DNA from: Selaginella moellendorffii | Lineage: Eukaryota; Plantae; Lycopodiophyta | Direction of reading: 5' to 3' | NCBI RefSeq assembly: GCF_000143415.4 | Contig: NW_003314381.1 | Span: 226,699 to 290,698, forward strand | Length of the DNA: 64,000 nucleotides | Part shown: positions 40,922-53,500 of the stretch, in pieces | Layout of the letters: the number at the start of each line of letters is the position of its first letter | How positions within the stretch are numbered: position 1 is the stretch's first letter | Made by a program: the position numbers and the translations under genes | The notes under the pieces: generated by a model | Seen by the model: the letters and a program-made list of their open reading frames with translations, nothing else | What the model was told of the DNA's origin: nothing | Database searches by the model: none

Positions 40922-41881
40922 TTACATAAAGCTTTTGAGGGACTCGAGGCACTGCGCGATGTGCGCGCGGTGCTCCGGCACTATGATCGCATCCCAGGAG
41001 CTGGGCGGAACAAGGCCTGGAAGCACATACTGGTCGACTCTCGTCGAGAAGCCAGGCTGCCGCCCTTGCCCGACGCACTCCACCATCTTCCTGCTCAGCC
41101 TCATCAGGTAAAACGTCGGGCAAGTGCCTCGCATCACAATCCCAGGCAAAAGGAGCACCTCGGGAGGAGATTCACAGAGAAAGTTCTCATACTTGCCCAG
41201 GAGCTCCTGATACGCAGCAATCCCTGAGGCGATCATCTCCGCCTCTGGATCGTGATCCCTGTCCTTGAAGCTCCTATCAATTTGGACAACGAGGCGAATG
41301 AAACCATCCACCTCCGTCTCAACTGCAACCACCTCCGTCTCGACTGCAACACCAGGTCTCGCATCCACTTCAGTGTTGTCAATTTGGAGCTCCAGCTTAC
41401 GCCGTGTGACGACGCACATTCCAGGGACATCGAGGCGGAAGAGCTCCAGGAGCGACTTGGACAAGTTTTCAATGTCGGACACTTCCTCGAACCTGTGAGT
41501 TTTGGTGACGCAGGTGATGGACTTGACGAGGATCTCCACAGCCCTGAAGCTGCATGCTATCCTGCTCGGCCGCAAAGACGCCTGCATGATAGGAGCCAGG
41601 TCCAGACCTAAAAATTCGAGCACATCGCCATCGCCACTGCTCCTTCCTTCCTGCGGCTCCTTCCCAAAGAAATCCTTGAAATTTCTTACCCTGACCACAT
41701 TGATGCCATAGAAGCCCATCTCGCCCCACAGAAAAGTCCTATGAACCCTAATGAAATATACACTCCTTTTCCTCTTTATGTCTTTCACCAGCAATTCTAT
41801 CTGAACGAGATCTCTTTGGTAGAGGAGGCCGTTGCTAGATCCAGATCGAGGAATTCCTACTTCGTCATTGGACCTCTTCAA
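40922..41881 (-). CDS. REase-fold-like hypothetical protein (copy 3, longest, ~319 aa; start uncertain)
   Basis: Open ORF (TTG start in track; may have an upstream exon). Same motifs as copy 2, plus a 21-nt in-frame duplication (VAVETEV twice). Confidence 0.75.
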   Translation of the reverse strand: MKRSNDEVGIPRSGSSNGLLYQRDLVQIELLVKDIKRKRSVYFIRVHRTFLWGEMGFYGINVVRVRNFKDFFGKEPQEGRSSGDGDVLEFLGLDLAPIMQASLRPSRIACSFRAVEILVKSITCVTKTHRFEEVSDIENLSKSLLELFRLDVPGMCVVTRRKLELQIDNTEVDARPGVAVETEVVAVETEVDGFIRLVVQIDRSFKDRDHDPEAEMIASGIAAYQELLGKYENFLCESPPEVLLLPGIVMRGTCPTFYLMRLSRKMVECVGQGRQPGFSTRVDQYVLPGLVPPSSWDAIIVPEHRAHIAQCLESLKSFM

Positions 41882-42139
41882 CGACTCGGCGAAAGGCTTC
41901 CAGAATCCGATTTCTTCATGGACAATCTAATTTAGAAGCTGTTGGAGTACTTACGGCAGGCTCCGTAAGGAGCAGAATCACCATTCCGTTCATCACCAGA
42001 CAGAAGCAAATCCGGATCACACTGTGGAGGATGAAGCAACCGCGATTAGAGATGCTGGTTGCCGAGCTCGGAGGCCACCGGCATCTACGCCACCCACAGG
42101 ACATCATGAGCTTCATGACTGGCGAGTTCGAGCGCCATC

Positions 42140-42675
42140 TGTCAGGCCGTGCAGGGCACGTCTGGTGGTGGCACAGATTACAGCTTTGAATGCGTTCCCT
42201 CCCCCATTGAAAGCTACGTATGTTTAAACTTATTTTTTATTCATCTCAAGAACTTGTAAGCTTTTTCTTTGATCCAGGGTGGTGGTGTTTGCGTGATCGG
42301 ATGAATTATCCCCGGCCACCCAATCCACTCGAGAAACTTTCTCGCATGACGCGTTCTCAAAGGTTTGAAGGTTTCAAGGGAGTAACGCAGCTTCCAGTGC
42401 TCGTGGAGAGATTCGTGACAAAGGCAAGCGATTTACTCGACTCTACGAGAATTTCGTGCGTCTCCATGTATTTCTTCGGATTTTCTGGAAATGTTTACCA
42501 CTCACTGCCTCCCGCTAGCGCAAATCAACGAGGCCTTTGATCTGATACTCGAGGGAAAGAGCCTGCGATACGTTATTTGTGGTGGGCTGACCATGGAGGG
42601 GATTGTCCGAGCGGCTCTGGACACACGAAAAGTTAATACGATTCTTATCTCTCGGGATCGGGGATTTGATCCAGC
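42140..42675 (+). pseudogene. Inverted 3' fragment of ADH copy B with introns and 3' flank
   Basis: [10 protein letters not shown], tttgcgtgatcgg, FKGVTQLPVLVERFVTK, INEAFDLILEGKSLR and tcgggatcggggatttgatccag match the reverse complement of ~23838-24615, with deletions. Confidence 0.9.
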
Positions 42676-44465
42676 ATCTCTTTGATCTCTTACCTACGAA
42701 TTTGCTGATGATAGACTGAAGAGTTGTTGTAGCAGTCTTAAAATGGGCGTAAGCCCAGACGAGGCATGTTCAGTGATTGAACACTCGGCTCCTTTATCCC
42801 GCTTCTTCTCCCGCCAAGAAGCTCTCCTTTTTTCCTCTAACCGCACGTCACCTTCCTACGGATCAATTTGGGCCGGTACATCGTCGTTGTAGCAGCCCGC
42901 TCCGATCCGTAGGCAGATTGGGCTGGGGCTGGCACATCCCAGGGGAGTTCTCGAAAAGATGGGCGGGAAGCCCCGGGGGGGGGGGGGGGGGGGGTCAATC
43001 TGCGATCCTTTGAATATAGATAAGATGGAGGTGCAAAACACCTACTGCAACCGATCTCACGCATTCCACTTTCAACGATTGTCCATGCATCGATTCTCTC
43101 TTTTCTACTTGCAAATGCTGGTTCTCTGCTGATATTTGGCAGTGATTGCACTTCCAATTTTCTGCTTTGCTGTTCTCTTCCTCAATTCTCCATTCTGTTT
43201 TGTTTCTTTGATCTTCTCTACAGTGTGTCATGTGCTGCTTATCTCTTCAGAAATTGGGCCCTTCACATGTCTCTCGCTTTTGATCACTGTAGATATGTAT
43301 GTTGTGCTGGATACATGCCTTGCAATGGCAGCTGCGGTGAGCAAAGCTGTTCGGAACTTTGTCTCTGTGCTAAGATAGTCAAGAATTTCATTTCCAAACT
43401 CGTTTTTAAAAACCAAAACCCAAAAATTGCATTAGGAACTTTTATTTTTTCTTTGAATCAGCCTTCCTTTTACAGAGCCAGCGAGCCAGCTAGAGTAACC
43501 TTTTCATCCTGGTAAGAGTTCCTACTTCTTATTGCTTTTTTTAAAAGCTACTTTTGTTCTCACTGATCTCTAAGAGCAGCACATTCAACAAGCAGCAGAC
43601 TAACCAGACTGGAGCAGCATTGAGCACCACTCAAGCAGCCCAACCACAACCATTGTAGTAAGTACTTTGGAGTAACATTTGGGATATCTATGTTAAGAGC
43701 ACAAGCTTTAGCAATTGTTTTTGGCATAACAACAACCATTGAGGAGAGGCTCTACAAAAAGAATGATCATTGCTGGAATGATAGAGGCTAAAGAAAAAGG
43801 TTGACGTACTTGGGGTTTGGCCAATATGCGACAGTAAGGAGTGCACTATTATAATAGATGAGGAAGATGGTTGTAGATGGGTTGCAAGAGAGATGTGAAA
43901 TCATGGCTAAACGCCCAATGCACTGGTGGAGTGGTGAAATTATCTTGTATCAAAAAGCCAAAAAAAAGTGAGAAGCAGCCACTACCAAAAGAGTATACTT
44001 ACTATTGCTCTATACTTCTCTCAATCAAACGAGGAAAGAGTCTGGTTGCCACTTTGAGCTTGAGCTAGAGGGTGTTCCATACGTGCTTGTGGAATCAGAA
44101 TCAAGGATCATCTGTCCAACAAAAATATTGTTCCTAGGACTCTATATGGAGTCCTAGATGTAGTAGATGCAAAGGACTGCCACTATTTGGCTTCTTGTAG
44201 CACTAGCAATAGGTTAAGTAGATAGAGTGCTTTCTTGACCAAATGGAGGCCTAGCTTGTGACAAGATGGTGTGGGTACTCTCAACAACTAGTATGTGGCT
44301 GCTCTCAACAAGAGAGGGCAAGGAAAATAAAACATGCTAGAGGTTCCTTATGTGCTCCATAACATACCGCTCCATTTGCGAGGAAGAACTATAGGTAGTT
44401 GGTTCGCTTTGTTCATTGCTTTGCAACCAGGCTATGTCATTCAATCTTGCCTCTGTAAAGGAAGA

Positions 44466-44848
44466 TGTTAGAATCCTATCCAACTGGTTAAAGGGGTGAT
44501 CACTTTATTGTAGGGCTTTTTCCTTATCTTATTATCCTGACCTAGTGCCTAACAATCCTTCGCCTCATTAGGGAATGATCATCCGCGATTATACATACTT
44601 AAGCCACCATTTGGTCACTATGGTCCTTCTCTTAGGGTCTACCAAACTTTAGTTCTCCCTCTAGATCCACCATGTTGAATATTCCTTTAGAATATTCTTG
44701 CCCCACTTGTTAGCCATGAGAATCGAACTAAGCTCCGATACTAGTGTTAGGATCCTATCCCTTACACCCTAAGCTAACTGAATAAAGGGGTGATCACTTT
44801 ATTGCAAGGCCCTTTTCTTATCCTATTATTCTGACTTGGTGCCTAATA
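44466..44848 (-). mobile_element. TRIM-like miniature LTR retroelement
   Basis: Direct repeats 44466-44554 (TGTTAG...CTAACA) and 44745-44848 (TGTTAG...CTAATA). PBS-like agctccgatactag adjoins the right repeat; a pyrimidine tract (minus-strand PPT) follows the left repeat. Flanks gaaga/taaga. Confidence 0.75.
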
Positions 44849-47800
44849 TAAGAGGAAAACAAGAGTTTGACATGGAAATTAAGGGACCATAGTAATGGAT
44901 GAGATGATTAACTCCATATGATTGATTTGTCACTCAATGTTTGTTGTTCTTAACTGATCAAATAGCTTGGTAGGGAGAACTTGACGAGGAAGACAATCTA
45001 TACATATAAAGTGATAGTGGGGAGGCTCGCCGGCCATTGGATCCCAGGCTCGGGCTAGGGTCAGTAGCCATGGTTGTGCGAGAAATTTTTCTGATGTTTG
45101 CTCTCGGCCAACGGGAGGTGGCCAAGCTGCGTGGGGTGGGAGAAGAAGGCACAGTGACATGTGTCACATGCAAGTGTCTTTCCTACCATCATCCAAACGG
45201 CCGGCGAGGTGTAAATGCAAATCATTTGCATTAAGTCTTGGATGGTGTATTGGACGAAATTCAAGAATTGGATGGACAATAAACCCTAAGATTTATTTTG
45301 TCCCAAAATCCAAAACAACAAAATTGAACAAACTTTTTTAGATTAATTTCTAGTTTATATGAAGGGAAGCTAAATGTAAATTTTTCTTTCACAGGAGTGG
45401 CCGTAAGGCTTGATGCTTCTTGTGCTCCTCTAAAAATTAAAGCATGGCAGAACATTAATAAGATTTATATGTAGACAATACTTACCTCCATATAAAAAAT
45501 AAATGAATTTTTGTTAAAGTTTATAGAGACTCTGCAAATACATTTGAAAAAATTAATTAAAGGTAAAGTGACTTTGGAGATATAGTGATCTTATTTTTCC
45601 CCTACCAGTTTGTTGTTCTTCCTATAGCAAGACAAGTATGTTGACAATAGTAGAGAAAAACTGAATTTCACATTTAATGAAATTGAAATGAAACACTTTT
45701 GAATTTTAAAAAAATTATAAGAGATTTCACATTATTTTACTGCTGATATGGATAATGAAATGCCATATCATTAATTGAATTTAACTCTCTCAATTGTTAG
45801 CATTGGGATCATGCTGGGATTGCACTTCTCACAACTAAAGCTGGTTCAGCCATGGCCGTAGCTGGAGCTAGATCACTACTTGCTCATGGCTAAACTACTA
45901 CATTGCTGGATGGAGTTGGATTGTTGCTTGCTTGTGGCTGCATTGTTGAGTTTCTTGCTAAAGTTGGATTGCTGCACTGTTGCATTGGAGCTCGGCTGTG
46001 GTATCAAATGTGCCATAATTGGTTTCCACGGCTAAAATTATCAAATATATAGCCTTTCCACAATCTTGGGAGTGGCATTACTATAGATAGAATTGGGAGC
46101 CTACCATCAAAATCACCAAACTACTAGATATGGCTATTGAGTTGCTAGAAGGGCTTTTATGGGGTGGTATCTATAGTGGATTACCTTTCCAACCGGGAAT
46201 TACTTAGTTTGCCATCAAAGCACTTCTGGAAGTACAGCCTTTTAGCATAACCCTAATATTGATTATGGACTATGGTGTTTTTATGTGTAGTGTAAAGCCT
46301 AAAAATTTGGGGAGATCTCTTATAGGCCTTGCTATTGGTCAGCACAGACAATATAGCTAGGTGTTTACAATAGAGGTATTGGTGCTGGTGATCTACTTAT
46401 ATAGTGTAGTTGATCATTTAATTGATATGCATTCACTCTTATATTAAAAGAGTGCATAAGTAGAGATGGATAAAGGTTTCCATGATAGTAAACTCCTTTT
46501 CCTTGCATTGAATCCTAAGTAGCTGATTATTTTCTTTGTTTTGTCTAATTATAATATCAAGTATTAGTGATAAAAATCTACTCATAGATCCTTTTGCCAA
46601 ACTAGAAAAACAACTCCTTGTTGAAGAGCATGTCCCCAATAGGGATTATATATTCATTCCCAACAAACTTTTGGTGGAAGACTTTAAGGATGACTATGAA
46701 GTGGATGATGACATTGATAAAGAGAAATTACCTCTAATGAATAATTTGTAGCAACAATGTGAAGATTCTTTGTCATTGGAGATACCAATAGGAGGCATTG
46801 TAGGTACTATATTTGTGAATGGTTGTTTGCATACTCATAATTGACCTTTTTAGATTGGCCAGTAGTGATGGAGGCCTTCAAGGTATCCATAAAAGAAAAT
46901 CATAAAATCCCTTTGTCACCATTTTATCTAGAAACAAAATTGGAGTCACTACCCTTGGACTACCAGATGCTAGATGACAACACACTATCTAAATATATTT
47001 CCCATTGAATAGTTTGGCTTTAGATGTGAAATATTAATTGTCTTTTACATAGCTTAGTGTAAGACATAAATCCTTAAGTCCCAAAGTGGAGCTAAAGGTG
47101 ACCCAAGTGGCAGTGGCTAAGAAAGAATCCAATGACTGTAACATATTTGGACCAAAATCTCTAACTTAAAAAGTTGAGAGTGGGAGTGGAGCTCCCAAAG
47201 AAGTGCTTGAGGAATGAGTATAAAGTGATCGATAAAATGAGTCTTCAAAAAAGGACAAAAGAAGGATTGACATATAGCAAGTGTCATAACACAAGTGTTA
47301 AGACCGAGTCAAGGATTGAGTGTAAATCACAAATTTTTCCTTTCCATTTTGTTAATTTACTTTGTTTATCCAACCACCATAGCCTTGGTCTTCATTAAAT
47401 TCCCTTGCCAACCTATTGTACCAACTTTTATTTGGTCCTACTTGGTTTCAACAACTTATTACATGAGTAACAAAGCATTAGCCATCCATCCATAGATTTC
47501 TAAATTCTCTCCCAATCCCCCTCCCTAGGTTAGACTATACTTAAGGTTCAGCTACACTCCCCACAAACAACACACTAAGTTTCTAAATTCTTAACATCCC
47601 TTAGTACAACAAGACTTGATCATAGGACTATTTAAATCCCAAGCCTTGGATGTAACATTTGCTTTGGGACACTGGGGGGAAACACTGTGGTCTAACAACC
47701 CAGTATGGGTACCCTACTTCCCCACTTCCATCCCGAAGGGAAGGCCCAAGCCCCTAAGAAGGGTGAGGACTAATGAGCCACAAGGTATTCAAATGGGGCA

Positions 47801-49959
47801 CCATTGCACATGAGTTGGGAGCACTGTAGTCGATTTCCCTTTCGGGAGTGAGAGTTGCTCTTGAGCACTTCCTTGGGTGGCCCTTCCGACACCACCCAAG
47901 TCTATGCTCACTCCCATCCAAGGCCCTTAAGCCCTAGTCTCAACCTCAAGTCAGTTTAGAAGCACCATTGGAGAGTTCTTTCAAGATCGATTCTTAGATC
48001 TCACTATCATTACTATTCTTTTAGAACCCCTTACACTTGCCCCCTTTTTCGGGAGTGAGAGCTGCTCTTGGGCACTTCTTTGGGTGGCCCTTCTGACACC
48101 ACCTAAGTCTATGCTCACTCCCATCCAAGGTCCCTAAGCCCTAGTCTCAACCTCAAGTTAGTTTAGAAGCACAACTGGAGAGTTCTTTCAAGACTAATTC
48201 CTAAACCTCACTATCTTTACTATACTTTTGGAACCCCCTACACCCGCCCCCCACCCCCCCTTGCCCCCCTTAGGAGACACACACTTTTGGCTTTTACCCC
48301 ATGACCTGTATTAGTATTCAAATTTGGTCTCAGACTCAGACCTCAGATTTGGTCTCGGACTCAATCTCGGACTTGATCTCAAACTCTATCTCGGACACAA
48401 TCTCGGACTCCATCTCAGACCCGATCTTAGATCTTATACTCGGTCTTGAACTCGATCTTGGACTCGGTCTGGAACTCGGTCTCAAAGTTGGTCTCGAAGT
48501 CGATCTCGAACTCGGTCTCGAATTTAGTCTTAGAGTCGGTCTCAAACTCAATTTTGGACCTAGTCTCATTCAATGAACTCTTTATCATTTCAATCGTGTT
48601 TTTGGGGATCCTTTAGTCTACGATACCTTAGGGAGTTCGTTTCTTACAACTCCACCACCCATAAAAGAAGTTCAATGCCCTCATCAAATGTCTCTTTTAA
48701 CCTATAACTTGTTAACTATGTCTCTAGGGGCATCCCCCCACTTAGCGGTGTGCATAAGTTAGCCTCCCTGGCCAAGAGCCCATGACAACAAAGTATAGTT
48801 GTCCTTATACCCCATACCTCACCTTGCCCTAGTATAGGGTTGGGACTTGAACCCAACCTTGCTTTACTAGAGAGTTGGGACTCTAACCCAATCTCCATAG
48901 AATATGTCTACAGGTTCAACATCCCCCTCAAGGAGTTAGGCGTAACACCCTACTGTAAGCGACTAATTTTTCCATTCTACTTTAGTCACTTAACCACACC
49001 TCCGACCACTTGGAGGAGTCTCATTCACAACCTCCATAAGTCCAATTCAGGACTTAGGACTTGCTAGCCCCAAGAATGGCATCCATGCCACTCAACCCTT
49101 GCACCTGGTCCAAGTGCTCCACGTGTCAGATCCCATGACCGACACTCAAAGGTACCACCGATATAGCAGCCTGTTACGCTAAGGCCATGCCCAATCACCT
49201 TTGCCGCATCGGTAGTCCAATACCACTTGCAACACAGTCTTGTCTCTCCAAGACTGGGCCAACCATCCATGAGGGGTCATCCCAGATCCACTCCTTAGCA
49301 TCCTTAGGATTCCCACCGACAAGGGGAATAGCCTTCCCCAATATCCCTTTTCTGGTCCCCACCAAGTCCCTTTCTGCCCACGGCCGTGTTCACCAACACT
49401 ACCACTGAATCGAAGCCCACCAGCCCAACCACTAAGTCCCACGGTCCTTTGGGACTTCCTCACCACACGACTGTGTCCTTGGTCACTACCCCAGAGGACT
49501 GCTCCTCTTCCTTTCCACAGTCTGGGCCTTTGGGACAACATTTCGGAACATTGTGGCCTTACGCGAGCCACCTGGGTACTCTCCCCGCCTTTCGCGTTTA
49601 GGTGCTCTAGCCATGGGCTTAGAGCGAGGTTCTGTTGAGCCACGCCTGGTATCCAAGTAGGTAGTGCCACCCACACTTGGACTGGGAGCATCGGCCAGTC
49701 GATCTCCCGGGGGAACTAGAGCCGGCTCTTGAACACTTCACCAAGCTACCCCGCTTGTCAGTCCGTGTTCACTCTAGTCTTGGACTTCCCAGTGGTCAGT
49801 TCATCACCCAACACTGGGTCTGGCCTTCCTGGGCCAAACTGGCCTTTCCTGGCCAAACTGGCTCCACTGCAGTCCTCCCCCTTACTATACTTTTGGAGCT
49901 CACCAAACCCCCTAGGGTCTGGGAGACGAACGCTTTGGGCTTTCACCCTCTCAGACTTG

Positions 49960-50550
49960 AACTCGGACTCGGACTCGGACTCGGTCTCGGACTCGGACTC
50001 GGACTCGGGCTCGGGCTCGGTCTCAGCCTTGGCCTCGGTCTCGGTCTCGGTCCCGGTCTCGGTCCCGGTCTCGGTCTCGATCTCAGTCCCGGTCTCGGTC
50101 CCGGTCTTGGTCTCGACCTCGGACTCCATCTCGGGTCCTTCTCGGACTCCATCTCGGGCTCCATCTCGGTCCATCTCGGTCCATCTCGGACTCCGTCTCG
50201 GTCCATCTCGGACTCCATCTCGGCGGACTCCGTCTTGGTCCACCTCGGACTCCATCTTGGACTCCATCTCGGGTCCATCTCGGACTCCATCTCGGACTCC
50301 ATCTCAGGTCCATCTCGGACTCCGTCTCGGTCCACCTCGGACTCCATCTTGGACTCCATCTCGGGTCCATCTCGGACTCCATCTCGGGTCCATCTCGGAC
50401 TCCGTCTTGGTCCACCTCGGACTCCACTTCGGGTCCATCTCGGACTCCATATCGGACTCCATCTCGGACTCCACTTCGGACTCCATATCGGACTCCACTT
50501 CGGGTCCATCCCGGACTCCAACTAGGGTCCGTCTCGGACTCCATCTCGGA
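49960..50550. repeat. GGACTC/GGTCTC/CCATCT hexamer-based minisatellite in LTR
   Basis: Directly visible. Confidence 0.95.
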
Positions 50551-53500
50551 CACTTCCACGTGTCATGTGTTGGTCCTTTTTGGGTCCCTTTTTAGAGCCT
50601 TGCTTATTGCTCGCTTCGTGCTCGCTCCTTGAGCACTTTGTTGGGAGTTCCACTCCCGCTCTCGACCTTCCAAGTCAGAGGTTTTAGTCCAAATGTGTTA
50701 CACTCGTTTGGCTTTCACTTCGGCCACTACCACGTGGCACCCTTTCCAGCTCCACTTTGGGGCCTAGGGATTTTGTGTCTCACAACTCCACCACCCATAG
50801 ACGAAGTTCGATGTCCTCATCGAACGGTAAACCATTTTATAAAGTAACACTCGCATGTGTTACCATTTCCATCCTTGGCACCTAGCCAATATTTGTCAAT
50901 GGTTTGACATTGAAGGCTCACCATGCCTTCTCCATATTCGTCAATGGTTTGACACCAAAGGCTCACCATGCCTTGCCCATCCTCTAAGGAGGATAGTCTC
51001 TCCAACTTAGAGACTCACTTGACCACCTGGGGTGGTTTGCTCCTTTTTATTGGTTCAGTTCTCGCTAAACCCGTTAGAGACACCGTCTCTATCTCAATCC
51101 CATTACTCCATCATGAGTAATCTCAATTTTCATCGATATAACCTTTGCACTTTGGAACGTTTACTTTTGACTTCTTGAAGTCAATTTTCCTAGGTGTCTC
51201 CAACACCTTGCATTACACATATTGTGCAACTCCACTTCCCATCCTAGGAAGTTCTTTACTTGAGGGCACCATCATCCTCTCTTCTATTTCATGCCACCTT
51301 GGGCACTAAGTTCCATTTATCATACTTTGTGCTAGGGCTATCCATGGCCCCATCATTTGGCTACCTTACCGCTCCCTCCCTTGGAGCTTCCACTTTCGCC
51401 AAATCGGAGCAATTCGGAATCCATCCTTGGAAACACACTTCCTTTCCCGCAATTTATTAGCGTCCAACACATTATTGTTTCTCGCCTAACTTTGTCACTT
51501 GGATTCCTTCCAAGGGATTCCACGGCTCTATCTTGGCCACTCATTTTTTGCTCCTATCTGTTGATTGTTGCACCAAGCAACACTAAATCTCTACCTCCCT
51601 CCTTGAGGTATTCTTTTGATTCCATAGCAAAGGCTCTGCTTTGCCAAGACTAGGGTGTTCACCCCTAGTAAGTCTCTTTAGCATCTTCTACTGTGGGCTC
51701 TATCCACGGCCCAACTTTGTGACCCTCCTATGGGTCTCTTTAGAGACTACTTTCCTTGGACACACTATGCCATCACAATGATATAGCTCATTTCCCTAAT
51801 GTGTTTTTCCCACTTGGTCACCTTGACCAAGCCACACCATCATCAATAGTTCAAATCAACACTTTGAACTAGGAACCTTATTCCTTAGCCCAAACAAGGA
51901 CCTTGTCCTTATTTAGCCACAAGATCACCTAGTGATCTCACCTCGGCACCTTAACAGGTTTGCCAATAGGTACTAGGTCTTCCAGATCTTTAACTTGTTA
52001 ACTACGACCCCGGGGGCATCCCCCACACTTGGCGGTGCGCCCAAGCCAGCCCTTCCGGCCAAGGGTCCATAGCAACTGAGACTGGGTGTCCCCATCTCAT
52101 TCACCATGTCCTTGGTGCCACTGGCACCAAAGTGTTCAAGTTAGATATGCTGAGCCACACTAAGCAATCTAACCGTGCATCACGACTCCGAGGCATCCCT
52201 CGCTTGGCGGTGTGCCCAAACCAGTCTCCACATTAAGAGTCCATGACCACCGAAAAATGAGTGTCCTCATATTCCAAACCATCACCATGCCCTAGTGAGT
52301 TGGGACTTGAACCCAAGCACTAGAGGGTCGGGATTCGAACCCAACCTCCGTATATGCATCTACGGACGGCATCACCTAGGATGCCTGGCGTGACTCCCCA
52401 CGCCGGTGCACCAACTTATACTCAAAGCGCGCTATAGATCACAGCTTAGGAACCTAGTTCCTCCACACTGCCAAGTCCTCTCACTTGACAAGTCTGTGAT
52501 CATGCATGGACTCCTCCATGCTTGGCCCCATGGCCCACCCTTTTTGAAGTTATCACCTTCAACTAGGGTATTTATTCCCCTAACTTGCCAATCTCGCTTG
52601 GCAAGTCCTCCGACCACTATAACATGGTTCCTGGATCATCAATTTTTGTTCAAAGCCCTCTCTTTGAACACTCGGGAACTACTTCCCTAACCTTGATAGC
52701 CTTGCCTCATGGCAAGCTTCAAGACCACACTTCTGCTACGCCACTCTGATTTTGCGCGTTCCTTGAACCATTTACGCTTGGCCTTTCTAGGTACTAAGCT
52801 ACCTAGAATCGTCTTTGGGAACCTTGAAGGAACTCTGTCCCTTAGCTTGCTAAGGCCTCCCTTTTTGCAAGCTTTCCAATTACCATATAGTCTAACATGG
52901 ACAATTCCATATTTTAGACTCTCCATGATATCACGGTTGCTAGTGACAACACCCTCGAGCCCCCACTTGATTCTCCACTCCCAGCTGGCATAACCAACCT
53001 TAGTTATGCCCTTCAATTCCTATAGTTCGGTTCTATCCCCTTACTTCTTGTTTTTGGCTTCACACCTTTCCTTCAGTCATTCTCCTCCAGACCAGGAGGA
53101 TAGCTTTGCACTTTTTATCATGCATTAGCAAGTATTCTTAGGGTTGAACCTACCTGATAGCCTAGGGAGTGGTTCCTCAATCCAAGTATGCTCACCCTAT
53201 AATCCCACACACCGGGATTACGTTGTTGCTTATGGGCCTTTACATGCCCATCACTAGCCTTGCCAAAATTCCATTTTTGGCTTTGTCCAATTCAAGTAGA
53301 TAGTCTTCTCCTGTCTCCGCCACCTTAGACATTTGGATAGCACCTTCTATCCATCATTCGCTCCTTGGGCCTTATCTATTGCCCTCTCGACATCAAACAC
53401 CACCTCCTGGTGTTCTAGAGTGTTCAGGTGTCCCAATGATGGCTTCCTTGACAATGAATATTTCCTTTTATGACATTGACTTATTATATTGCAACATAAG

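Noticed and set aside
42975-42995. Poly-G run as a G-quadruplex element
   Set aside because: Simple homopolymer with no supporting context.
49677-50595. Long ORFs in several frames (SDSDS, LGLGL, WSPRW repeats); likewise 55630-56596 and 48301-48576
   Set aside because: By-product of stop-free hexamer minisatellites inside LTRs.
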